A DNA stretch of 49,568 bases from positions 1 to 49,568 of IMG/VR virus record IMGVR_UViG_3300044670_001468, one strand, 5' to 3'. Below are positions 1 through 7,961 of this stretch, piece after piece. Within the stretch, counting starts at the first letter, position 1; the number at the start of each line of letters is the position of its first letter. Source of the stretch: a virus (lineage: Duplodnaviria > Caudoviricetes). Made by a program: the position numbers and the translations under genes. Under the pieces are notes generated by a model. It was not told the origin of the DNA and did no database searches. It was given only the letters and a program-made list of their open reading frames with translations.

Positions 1-687
1 CCACATGGTCTGCCTGCGTTTCAGGCTCTCTATCTGTTCCTTGATCTTTTGTGTGGCTTCCTGTTCAGCCTTGATCCGGTATTCCTCTTCCTTGATGGCA
101 TCCTTGGTCTGCTTGAGCTTCTCCTTGAGTGCCTCGGCCTTTTCGCTCAACATGGTTATGCCCAACAACTGCTCAATGATGTCCTTTTGGTCATTGGCTC
201 TGAGATTGAGGAAAGGTTCTGTGTAGGTATTCAATGCCACCAAGTGCTTGAACATCTCATGGCTCATGCCCAACATCGTCTCTATGGCCTTCTGTGTCTC
301 ACGGCTGTCGCCCTGTGCCATGTCTGTAATTTCTTGTTCCTCGTCTCCCACATAGAATTTCATGACGTTGGGCTTTCTGCCACGTTCTATCTTATAGGTC
401 TGTCCGTTGTGTTCAAATTCTAGGCTAACCAACATGCCCTTGGAATTGGTCTTGTTGATGAGGTTATCTCGCTTGATGTTGGTCAATGCTTGACCAAACA
501 AGGCGTAGGACAGTGCGTTGATTATGGTAGTCTTGCCCGTGCCGTTACGTGCACCTGAGTCATCCCCACCTAGGTCAATGTTGACCCCCAGAACAAGCGT
601 TAGGTCTCTGCGGTCAAAGTTGACCGCCTGCGTGGCATTACCCACGCTCATGAAGTTCTTAACTGTTAATGTTTTTAGTCTAAACAT
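1..687 (-). CDS. gp46: gp46-like recombination exonuclease ATPase subunit (SbcC/Rad50 family), 3' end outside window
   Basis: Not in the ORF track. Manual minus-strand translation from ATG 687 gives MFRLKTLTVKNFMSVGNATQAVNFDRRDLTLVLGVNIDLGGDDSGARNGTGKTTIINALSYALFG..., with the KNF(M)S motif and Walker A NGTGKT. Lies near gp47. Confidence 0.93.
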   Translation of the reverse strand, partial: MFRLKTLTVKNFMSVGNATQAVNFDRRDLTLVLGVNIDLGGDDSGARNGTGKTTIINALSYALFGQALTNIKRDNLINKTNSKGMLVSLEFEHNGQTYKIERGRKPNVMKFYVGDEEQEITDMAQGDSRETQKAIETMLGMSHEMFKHLVALNTYTEPFLNLRANDQKDIIEQLLGITMLSEKAEALKEKLKQTKDAIKEEEYRIKAEQEATQKIKEQIESLKRRQTMW

Positions 688-695
688 ATCTTATT

Positions 696-704
696 ATTGT
701 AACA
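696..704 (-). promoter_or_regulatory. possible extended -10 promoter (TGtTACAAT) for gp46
   Basis: Minus strand reads TGTTACAAT in the 30-bp gap, 8 nt before the gp46 ATG. No strong SD and no well-spaced -35. Confidence 0.4.
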
Positions 705-717
705 TCATTGTCAGCAT

Positions 718-1965
718 TTAAAAGTCTTTATCTAACCAACTGAATGTTTTCCGCCAATCAGTGTTTCTTCTAGTGTCTAATTCTGTTAGATAATCTTGTA
801 ATCGTTTGATCATATCTACGTTTTGCGTCTGAGATTCAATTTGTTTTTTAATACCTAACAAAGCATCAGCTTCTTTGGTATCAAGTTTTTCTGCAGACTG
901 CTCTAGATAATCTTCAAAGTATCCTGGACCAAACCACAACGGGCTTGTTAAGTCTTTGTTAACATTTGAACTTAGCATTATTTTTTCACTGTGAGGTATC
1001 AGTTTATTCCATTCGTTTACCTTATCCATTAACTTTGGTAATCCTTTAAGGGTTAATGCTGATAGAACACTGTTAATACTCATTGCCGTCCAGGACTTTT
1101 CAGCAAACATTGTAAAGTTTTCTTCCCATCTATCTAAGTCTAATCCCTTTCTAACATACTCTTGTTCGGACCCCCAGCCGTCTAGGCTACCAGTTATTTG
1201 CAATTTCCAAATGCTTTTGCTATCAACCAGTGATTGAAATCTTTCAATATACTTGGCTATTTGTTTTGGCGGAATATTAAGATTAGTGATTATGGAAAAT
1301 ACCAGATTAGGATTAGGGTTACGTCTAAAAAAGTCAATGCTTTGATCCAGCTCTTGTAGTAAAAAAGGTTCACCACCTAGTATATGATATCTTCTGAGTT
1401 TTTTATAACGATCATTTTCTTCTAGGTATTTCCATAGTCGGCTAGTCATTTCTGAAACATTGGTATTTTTAACAAATTTTATTGGATTAGGAATGCCAAC
1501 TTTTTCTCTAGCATCACCATAGTGTTTAAACTCAGTTTCAATCTGGCTACTGTATTCAGGACCACAATAAACGCAACTCATATTACAAGTATTTCTAAAA
1601 TAGACTTCCAACATTGTTGGATCAACACGAGTAGCAGTTGGATCTGTCAATAGTTCTTGGGGGATAAGTTCTGGATCTTGCAGTTTACTTAATTGAAATT
1701 GTCGATCACTAAATCCTCCTACTGCTTCAACATCTCTACAGTATTCGCAACCTGTTCCGTCACCGGGCCATTGACTATCTAACATTTTTTCTCTATCGCT
1801 AATTTGTCCAGGGGTATTATGAAAGTCATCAAATGTATCTAGTGTGATAGAGTGTGGTCTACACCTATGGCAACTTGCAGAAGTTGCATTGTCTAATCGT
1901 AAAGAAGTCCATCCCCATTTTAATAGACAAGCAGTGTCACTTTTAATAGGCCACAGTTTAGACAT
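718..1965 (-). CDS. radical SAM protein with N-terminal twitch-type Fe-S domain
   Basis: CNMSCVYC (CxxxCxxC) and GGEPF. N-terminal C..KW...SCHRC...CEYC. C-terminal LDTRRNTDW motif shared with the paralogs at 34-42 kb. Confidence 0.88.
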   Translation of the reverse strand: MSKLWPIKSDTACLLKWGWTSLRLDNATSASCHRCRPHSITLDTFDDFHNTPGQISDREKMLDSQWPGDGTGCEYCRDVEAVGGFSDRQFQLSKLQDPELIPQELLTDPTATRVDPTMLEVYFRNTCNMSCVYCGPEYSSQIETEFKHYGDAREKVGIPNPIKFVKNTNVSEMTSRLWKYLEENDRYKKLRRYHILGGEPFLLQELDQSIDFFRRNPNPNLVFSIITNLNIPPKQIAKYIERFQSLVDSKSIWKLQITGSLDGWGSEQEYVRKGLDLDRWEENFTMFAEKSWTAMSINSVLSALTLKGLPKLMDKVNEWNKLIPHSEKIMLSSNVNKDLTSPLWFGPGYFEDYLEQSAEKLDTKEADALLGIKKQIESQTQNVDMIKRLQDYLTELDTRRNTDWRKTFSWLDKDF

Positions 1966-2981
1966 TATAGATCTCTATAAATCTCTAACAGCAGTTTAGG
2001 ATCGTAATGATCGCTTTCTATTGATGTTAACTGATTAGTAACAATAGTATCCACTGATTCAAACTTTAGTTCACCTGGCTGAACATCTGCAAACTCTATG
2101 TCCTTCTTAACAGGTATTAGTGTAAGTTCTCTGAGATTATATTTGCCTACAAACTCCTCACGAATAAAACTTGCTTCTTCGTAACTGATATCAATGTTTA
2201 AGTTTACACGAATGTGCATCTTCTCTTTCAGTAACTCTTCAGGATTGTTTAACATTTCATCTAAGTTGTAGACTCTGTATCTAGGTTGTTGCGGCCAAGA
2301 GTGATACACAGGATCCTTGCCCCATTCAACAATGGTCATACCTCTGTCATCGTCACCTGCGTCAGCATAGTTGTGAGGAAAGCAATTACCGGTATAGATA
2401 ATGTTATTGTGACTTTGACGTTTATGGAAGTGTCCTGTATACACATGTTCTAAGCCACGGAAGTCTTCACGCTGTATCTCGCCCGTGTCTGGCATCTGCA
2501 CCATAGCATTCATAAAGAAGTGAGGTAACTCTAAATGTCCAAACGCATACTTGCCTTCCATCTTCTTGACCTTCTTGGCCTCATCTCCCACTAGCCAAGG
2601 TATAAATTGGACATCACCTTCTGAGTAGAAGTCGTTCATGATGTGAACGTTTTTGATATGTTTGGCCCAGGCCGCAGATTGTATGTCACGCTTGTCTCTA
2701 TAATACAAATCGTGATTGCCTGGAATGAAGAACACGCGATCAAAGGCATCGCCCAGTAGTTCCAAGGCCGTTAGGCTGTAATTGAGTGTGACGATGTTTA
2801 TGGCGGCACGGTTGTTGTGCCAATCGCCCATCATGATGCAGGTCTCGCAACCTTCCTGCTTGGCCTTTTCGATGAACCATTTAACGAAACCAAGACAGTC
2901 CTCGTTGTGTGTTTGGCTGTTTGACTTCAATCCAAAATGGATGTCTGTAAGGACAGCCGCCTTCTTAAATAGATTCGCCAT
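1965..2981 (-). CDS. gp47: gp47-like recombination nuclease subunit (Mre11/SbcD metallophosphoesterase)
   Basis: Metallophosphoesterase motifs TDIHFG, MGDWH, GNHD, FGHLE and GHFH. Located between gp55 and gp46. Confidence 0.93.
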   Translation of the reverse strand: MANLFKKAAVLTDIHFGLKSNSQTHNEDCLGFVKWFIEKAKQEGCETCIMMGDWHNNRAAINIVTLNYSLTALELLGDAFDRVFFIPGNHDLYYRDKRDIQSAAWAKHIKNVHIMNDFYSEGDVQFIPWLVGDEAKKVKKMEGKYAFGHLELPHFFMNAMVQMPDTGEIQREDFRGLEHVYTGHFHKRQSHNNIIYTGNCFPHNYADAGDDDRGMTIVEWGKDPVYHSWPQQPRYRVYNLDEMLNNPEELLKEKMHIRVNLNIDISYEEASFIREEFVGKYNLRELTLIPVKKDIEFADVQPGELKFESVDTIVTNQLTSIESDHYDPKLLLEIYRDL

Positions 2982-2996
2982 AACCTTCCTTAGTAG

Positions 2997-3914
2997 TTAT
3001 TTTGACTTTTGTTTTTCCTTCAGCTTCTCTCTCTGATCTTTATAGAAGTTATCCTCTAGTTTAGCATCAATGTCAGCGTTCTGTCTAGTCCAACTCGGAT
3101 TCAATCCGTTCATTTCTAGGATGTCATCTCTGATGCTTTGGTTTTTCTTTTCAATGTTCAGCACGCGGGTGAATGAATTGGTTATGGCCGCGGTGTAGTA
3201 GGCAAATGGATTGTCCGACTTGGACTCATCAAACTGTAGCCCAATTTGGCTTAACTGTAACAATGCCTGTCCACGCATTTCCTCATTATAGGTATAACCA
3301 CGCCAGTTAGAACGGGTAGCATAGCGTTCACAGAGCTTGATGAACATGTGTGCCAGTTTGTTGGTCATCTGTCCATGATCCTTGGAAAACTTACCATTAT
3401 CCAGCGTGCCCTTCCAATGGCTCTGTCCAACCTTGTATGGCTCTCCATTCTCATCCACCCTGTAGTGCTGGAATGGTGGAAAGTTGACCTTGGCATGCAC
3501 CTCATCATCTATGCCATAGTCCTCGTCCTCACGGGCCTCATCAATGTCGTCAAACATCTCCTCTATCTTGGCACGCTTCTTCAGCTGTGCCTTTGTGGGT
3601 TTCTTTGGCACCAATGGAATGTGGTCCCAGGTCATGACACGGAACACCAGATCAGTGTCTGCGATATCCTTGGGCTGTAGTTCCTCGCCGGTCTCCTTCT
3701 TCCATTTGGTTATCTTCAACGCCCTGGCCTCCTTGATGCGTGCCTTGTTGATCTTCTTGACGTCTGAGACTATGATGTCAAAGTCTGAGTCACTGTCAAA
3801 GTTCTTGTAGGCACAGTAGGTCTTCTTGGACTTGTGTATCTCCTTGAGGATGTCCCTGTTGTTGAGATAGTTTACCTTACGTCCGGTTCTGGTTATCACT
3901 TTATCTTCTGACAC
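2997..3914 (-). CDS. gp55: gp55-like late-transcription sigma factor
   Basis: NYLNNRDILKEI, NWRGYTYNEEM and FDESKSDNPFAYYT...NSF.R.L..EKK are typical of T4-like gp55. GTG start with AAGGAG SD. gp55-gp47-gp46 synteny. Confidence 0.9.
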   Translation of the reverse strand: MSEDKVITRTGRKVNYLNNRDILKEIHKSKKTYCAYKNFDSDSDFDIIVSDVKKINKARIKEARALKITKWKKETGEELQPKDIADTDLVFRVMTWDHIPLVPKKPTKAQLKKRAKIEEMFDDIDEAREDEDYGIDDEVHAKVNFPPFQHYRVDENGEPYKVGQSHWKGTLDNGKFSKDHGQMTNKLAHMFIKLCERYATRSNWRGYTYNEEMRGQALLQLSQIGLQFDESKSDNPFAYYTAAITNSFTRVLNIEKKNQSIRDDILEMNGLNPSWTRQNADIDAKLEDNFYKDQREKLKEKQKSK

Positions 3915-3942
3915 TTGTGTATCTCCTTGTTTGATAGTGTTA

Positions 3943-3970
3943 ATTATACAGCCTAGACGGCCCCTGTCAA
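3943..3970 (-). promoter_or_regulatory. consensus sigma70-type promoter for the gp55-gp47 operon
   Basis: Minus strand TTGACA (3970-3965), 16-bp spacer, TATAAT (3948-3943), upstream of the gp55 SD. Confidence 0.75.
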
Positions 3971-4011
3971 CCTTTTTTGGTTTGACAATTATATTGGGTT
4001 ATAATGACTCT

Positions 4012-4019
4012 AATAAATA
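4012..4019 (+). promoter_or_regulatory. T4-like late promoter (AATAAATA)
   Basis: Matches the TATAAATA-type gp55 box. Precedes a GGAG SD and the first structural gene. Confidence 0.7.
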
Positions 4020-4038
4020 GTAAAAACGGAGAATATTA

Positions 4039-4851
4039 ATGGCAACATCAACAAACCCAAATGCCGTGCAGAATCAACCCGGTGTGGCAGAGAAAGATCC
4101 CAGAGATTGGCGATTTAGGATGCGTCTCGCACCTGGGTCCAAGGTATTATACAAGGAAGATAATCCCGGCACACTGCTACCATTGAAAGCAACGGATGGC
4201 GTGATATTTCCATACACTCCACAGGTCATGGTCAACTATCAGGCCAACTACAGTGAGACAACTCCGACACATTCGAACTATAAACAGTATTTCTATCAGT
4301 CCAGCCAGATCAGTGACATACAGATCACCGGCACCTTCACCGCACAGAGCACCCAGGAGGCGGACTACATGTTGGCGGCCATACATTTTTTCCGATCAGC
4401 GACCAAGATGTTCTATGGACAGGACAAGGAACGCAACGGAAATCCACCACCTTTGGTATTCCTAGAGGGATTTGGTGACAATCAATTCAATAATCAACCC
4501 TGCGTGATACAGCAGTTCAACTATGTGCTACCACCTGACGTTGACTACGTGAGAACGACAGGTCCACAGAGTGGTGTTGATCTGACAGAACAGAGGGTGG
4601 CTAGAAACGGTTATAGATCAGCACTAACGAGGTTATTTGAGCTATTCCAAAATGGCATCAGCAAGGGTGCGGAAAACACATACTATGGAAATAAATCGAG
4701 AGACTTGGCCAATGCCGAGTCATCATACGTTCCGACAAAGATAGAGATCATGCTAACCCTACATCCGATAGTGTCACGCAAGAGACAGAGCGGAGAGTTC
4801 AGCCTCAAGGACTACGCCAACGGTGAGGGATTGAGGAGAGGATTCTGGTAA
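4039..4851 (+). CDS. baseplate / tail-tube-initiator-like structural protein (gp48/gp54-type, tentative)
   Basis: FPYTPQV...I.ITGTF...HFFRS.TKMFYG...G.PPP.V.L.GFG...PCVI..F...LP.DVDY pattern of tube-fold baseplate proteins. First gene of the baseplate operon. Confidence 0.6.
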   Translation: MATSTNPNAVQNQPGVAEKDPRDWRFRMRLAPGSKVLYKEDNPGTLLPLKATDGVIFPYTPQVMVNYQANYSETTPTHSNYKQYFYQSSQISDIQITGTFTAQSTQEADYMLAAIHFFRSATKMFYGQDKERNGNPPPLVFLEGFGDNQFNNQPCVIQQFNYVLPPDVDYVRTTGPQSGVDLTEQRVARNGYRSALTRLFELFQNGISKGAENTYYGNKSRDLANAESSYVPTKIEIMLTLHPIVSRKRQSGEFSLKDYANGEGLRRGFW

Positions 4852-5150
4852 TGGCAAAATATTCATCAAAATCACCATACTACACTTCAAGGGTCAATGA
4901 CGGCTATCTGGATGTCATGCAGAATCGCAGGATACCCAAGTATAGTGACGACCAACAGTTCACGATAACACAGACATATCAATACAGGCCTGACCTATTG
5001 GCACAGGACTTATATGATGATCCTGCACTGTGGTGGGTGTTCGCACAGCGTAATCCAAATTCCATAGTTGATCCCATCTATGACTTCAAGGTGGGCACCA
5101 AGATATATCTGCCCAAGATCTCAACGCTGAAAAAAACACTAGGATTCTAG
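4851..5150 (+). CDS. gp53: gp53-like baseplate wedge protein (LysM-like)
   Basis: RPDLLAQDLYDDPALWWVFAQRN...G.KIYLP signature. Confidence 0.8.
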   Translation: MAKYSSKSPYYTSRVNDGYLDVMQNRRIPKYSDDQQFTITQTYQYRPDLLAQDLYDDPALWWVFAQRNPNSIVDPIYDFKVGTKIYLPKISTLKKTLGF

Positions 5151-5151
5151 C

Positions 5152-7953
5152 ATGGCCATAACCGATGCACAGCTGATCCAGATAGAAAATGAGGCCTTGT
5201 CTTTAAATGCCAGGGCCGATCGAATCGAAGCACAGATCAATGATTACGTTTCTACTGTCAACACCAGCCAGGATCCTGCATCACAATTGGTATCCAACGG
5301 CAAAGCCCTAGAGGCCGAAGCGGTTGACACGCTGTCCCGATTAAATCAGTTCAACAATTCTCCGGCAGTGAATGAAGTTCGCGCCTATGGTGACCTCAGG
5401 GAGCAACAGCGTGTCAACCAGGTCCTGGAGGTCATCAGGCGGGCTCGCAGTCGAACAGACACAGCACTGACAGATGTTCGCTCCACCCTGGCCGGGATCG
5501 GGACGGCAGAACCACCACCGTCGGATGCCACCAACTCCGCGGGACAGATCGTGGGAGATGGTGCCACCAACAGGACTGAGAACGCCACCGTCCAAAACCC
5601 CGAGACGGAAACGGAACAAGGACAATTGGCCTCGGAGACTCCCACTAACGCTGATGAAGCCACCACCAGGGGCCTGGCAGACTTTGAGGACGCAGAGAAC
5701 AATGCCGTTGAGGAAGATTCTAATGCAGGTGCACCAACGAGTCCGACGCTTGAGCAGGGAGTTGATGGCATTCAAGTGGCCCAGGGATACAACAAAGAGA
5801 TAGTGACCAGGAAGAACGTGTTGTCACAATTCGGAACGTCAACATACGGCATAACCATATATCTGCTCACGCCCGGGCAATATAATAAGATGATGGGATA
5901 CTCAGATGAGGCAAACCCACGCGAACAGACTGATTCCACGAATCAAGTTCAATATAAGTCAGTGGAGGGACTCCAGGCGATACTGTCAAGTGGAGGACTG
6001 CCCAATGGATTCACGGGAGATCCATACACCGTGGGCGGAGCCACTAGGAACAGATTCTTCAATCTGGACTATTTCATCGACGATCTGGAGATAGAGACAC
6101 TGATGCCACAGCAGGTCCGCGGCGCGACCAATGTGACACAATTAAATTTTAGGATCACTGAACCATACGGCTTCACCTTCCTCAACAGATTGAAGAATGC
6201 CAGCGAGGATCTCATGTCCAACTATGATCCGATAGCCAGCACGGGAGGCAAAGATTGGATACGCCAACACTATCTCATGGTCATTCGTTTCTATGGACAG
6301 GAAGACGGAGTCAGTGAATTTGTTCCCGGACAACTATATGATACTCCTGATCAGGGCCAGGTTGAAGTGATAACTGACAAGAGCAATCTATTAATAGATG
6401 AGAAATACATACCATTCCAATTCACCAACATAACCACAAAGGCCTCGACAGGTGCCGTGGAATATCTGTGCTCGGCCGTTCCGATAAATCAAATGCAGGC
6501 CATGGGCCAGAAGACCAACACGGTCAAGTATCAGGTTGAGATACAGGGACAGACATTAGATGACCTATTCAACGGCAAGCTGAGCCAGACCGTGGACACC
6601 AGTGGTGGAAGAGTGTTAAGCACGGGATTGGTTGAGTCGATAAACGCATATTACAAGACATTGGAGAATAGTGGAGTCATTGGAATAGCACCAGAGTTCG
6701 AGGTCAATTTCCTGGGAGGAATTGGTGAACAAAAGGTCAAGGCTCCAGGATCAACCAAGAAGAATAGGACGGCCATGGCCAAACCGGGTTCGTTTAATCC
6801 TGAATTACAATCGATGCAGAAGGAAATCATAAATTTCTCGATCAATGCTGGATCACAGATACAGCAGGTCCTGGACACCACCATACGATCCAGTGAATGG
6901 ATAACCAAACAGCAGAAGAAATACATTGACTCCAATGACAGGAAGGTTAGGGACAAGGCCAGCAACAAGATATTGCAGTGGTATAGGATAACCTCCCACA
7001 CCAAGGTCCTAGGATGGGACGACATACGCAAGGACTACGCCCACAAGACCACATATCAAGTGATACCTACCTCGGTGGGGGACGTTAAGTCACCGTTCTT
7101 TCCAAGGAAGAGATTCAATGGATGCCAAAAGAGATACAAGTATTGGTTCACGGGAGAGAACACGGAGATCCTGGACTACGAGCTTGATTTCAACGCCCTA
7201 TATTACGTGTCCTCGTCTCCCCTGGTGGCACAGGACAGGGATTCGATATCAACCATCGGCGAGATGACGAATCCTGGTCCACCAGATCAGAGCATAGTTG
7301 GTGGTAGTGATCAGTCAGCAGACCCAGCGGCCAGAGCGGCATCCGTTCTATACTCTCCAGCTGACTATGCAATACTAAACATGAAGATCCTGGGAGATCC
7401 GTTCTACATACAGCAGGGAGACATATTCTGGAGATCCTACGGCATACAGGACCGAACCCCAGGATACCTACCCGATGGGTCAGCGGACTTTGAGTCAGGA
7501 GAGGTCCTGTTAGAAGTCGACTACCAGACCATGGAGGACTATGACGAGGAGACCGGCATGGCTGACGTGAGACCGATCGAGCTCAAGGAACCCGAGGAGA
7601 TAGCAAACACCACGACATCCTCTGGCAACATATACAAGGGATTGATATATCAAGTGACGCAGGTCACTAGCAGTTTCAGCAAGGGAGTGTTCACACAGAA
7701 CCTGCAGGGAGTCCTAAGACAATACACGGGAGACTACGAGGGAGTGGCCGTTAGGGAAAATGAGGAGATACGACCAACCAGCAACGTGAACAACGGACCC
7801 AAGGTTGACAACTCCAAAGACATCAACATATCAAACATAATACCATCACAACAGGCCACATCCAAGATAGCATCACAGCGTGTGACTCCGGTGTTGGGCG
7901 GCCTATCACTTGGCGGAGCAACTTATGTGGCCCCGGACGATGACGCGAGTTAA
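5152..7953 (+). CDS. putative baseplate hub protein (gp27/VgrG N-terminal-like) with acidic low-complexity N-terminal extension
   Basis: Lies between gp53 and gp5. F.ITEPYG.TF, MKILGDP and GLIYQVTQVTSSFSKGVFTQ.L resemble hub-protein motifs. Confidence 0.55.
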   Translation: MAITDAQLIQIENEALSLNARADRIEAQINDYVSTVNTSQDPASQLVSNGKALEAEAVDTLSRLNQFNNSPAVNEVRAYGDLREQQRVNQVLEVIRRARSRTDTALTDVRSTLAGIGTAEPPPSDATNSAGQIVGDGATNRTENATVQNPETETEQGQLASETPTNADEATTRGLADFEDAENNAVEEDSNAGAPTSPTLEQGVDGIQVAQGYNKEIVTRKNVLSQFGTSTYGITIYLLTPGQYNKMMGYSDEANPREQTDSTNQVQYKSVEGLQAILSSGGLPNGFTGDPYTVGGATRNRFFNLDYFIDDLEIETLMPQQVRGATNVTQLNFRITEPYGFTFLNRLKNASEDLMSNYDPIASTGGKDWIRQHYLMVIRFYGQEDGVSEFVPGQLYDTPDQGQVEVITDKSNLLIDEKYIPFQFTNITTKASTGAVEYLCSAVPINQMQAMGQKTNTVKYQVEIQGQTLDDLFNGKLSQTVDTSGGRVLSTGLVESINAYYKTLENSGVIGIAPEFEVNFLGGIGEQKVKAPGSTKKNRTAMAKPGSFNPELQSMQKEIINFSINAGSQIQQVLDTTIRSSEWITKQQKKYIDSNDRKVRDKASNKILQWYRITSHTKVLGWDDIRKDYAHKTTYQVIPTSVGDVKSPFFPRKRFNGCQKRYKYWFTGENTEILDYELDFNALYYVSSSPLVAQDRDSISTIGEMTNPGPPDQSIVGGSDQSADPAARAASVLYSPADYAILNMKILGDPFYIQQGDIFWRSYGIQDRTPGYLPDGSADFESGEVLLEVDYQTMEDYDEETGMADVRPIELKEPEEIANTTTSSGNIYKGLIYQVTQVTSSFSKGVFTQNLQGVLRQYTGDYEGVAVRENEEIRPTSNVNNGPKVDNSKDINISNIIPSQQATSKIASQRVTPVLGGLSLGGATYVAPDDDAS

Positions 7954-7956
7954 ATA
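7950..7956 (+). promoter_or_regulatory. late-promoter-like box (TTAAATA) 5 nt before the gp5 ATG
   Basis: Overlaps the upstream stop codon. No SD before ATG 7962. Confidence 0.45.
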
Positions 7957-7961
7957 GAAGC

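Noticed and set aside
5-721. Plus-strand ORFs 5..226, 49..423 and 518..721
   Set aside because: Antisense shadows of the minus-strand gp46 gene.
718-1965. Homing endonuclease or intron between gp47 and gp46
   Set aside because: No HNH, GIY-YIG or LAGLIDADG motif. It has clear radical SAM motifs and both flanking genes look intact.
3982-4005. Plus-strand TTGACA...TATAAT as a sigma70 promoter
   Set aside because: The spacer is only 12 bp.
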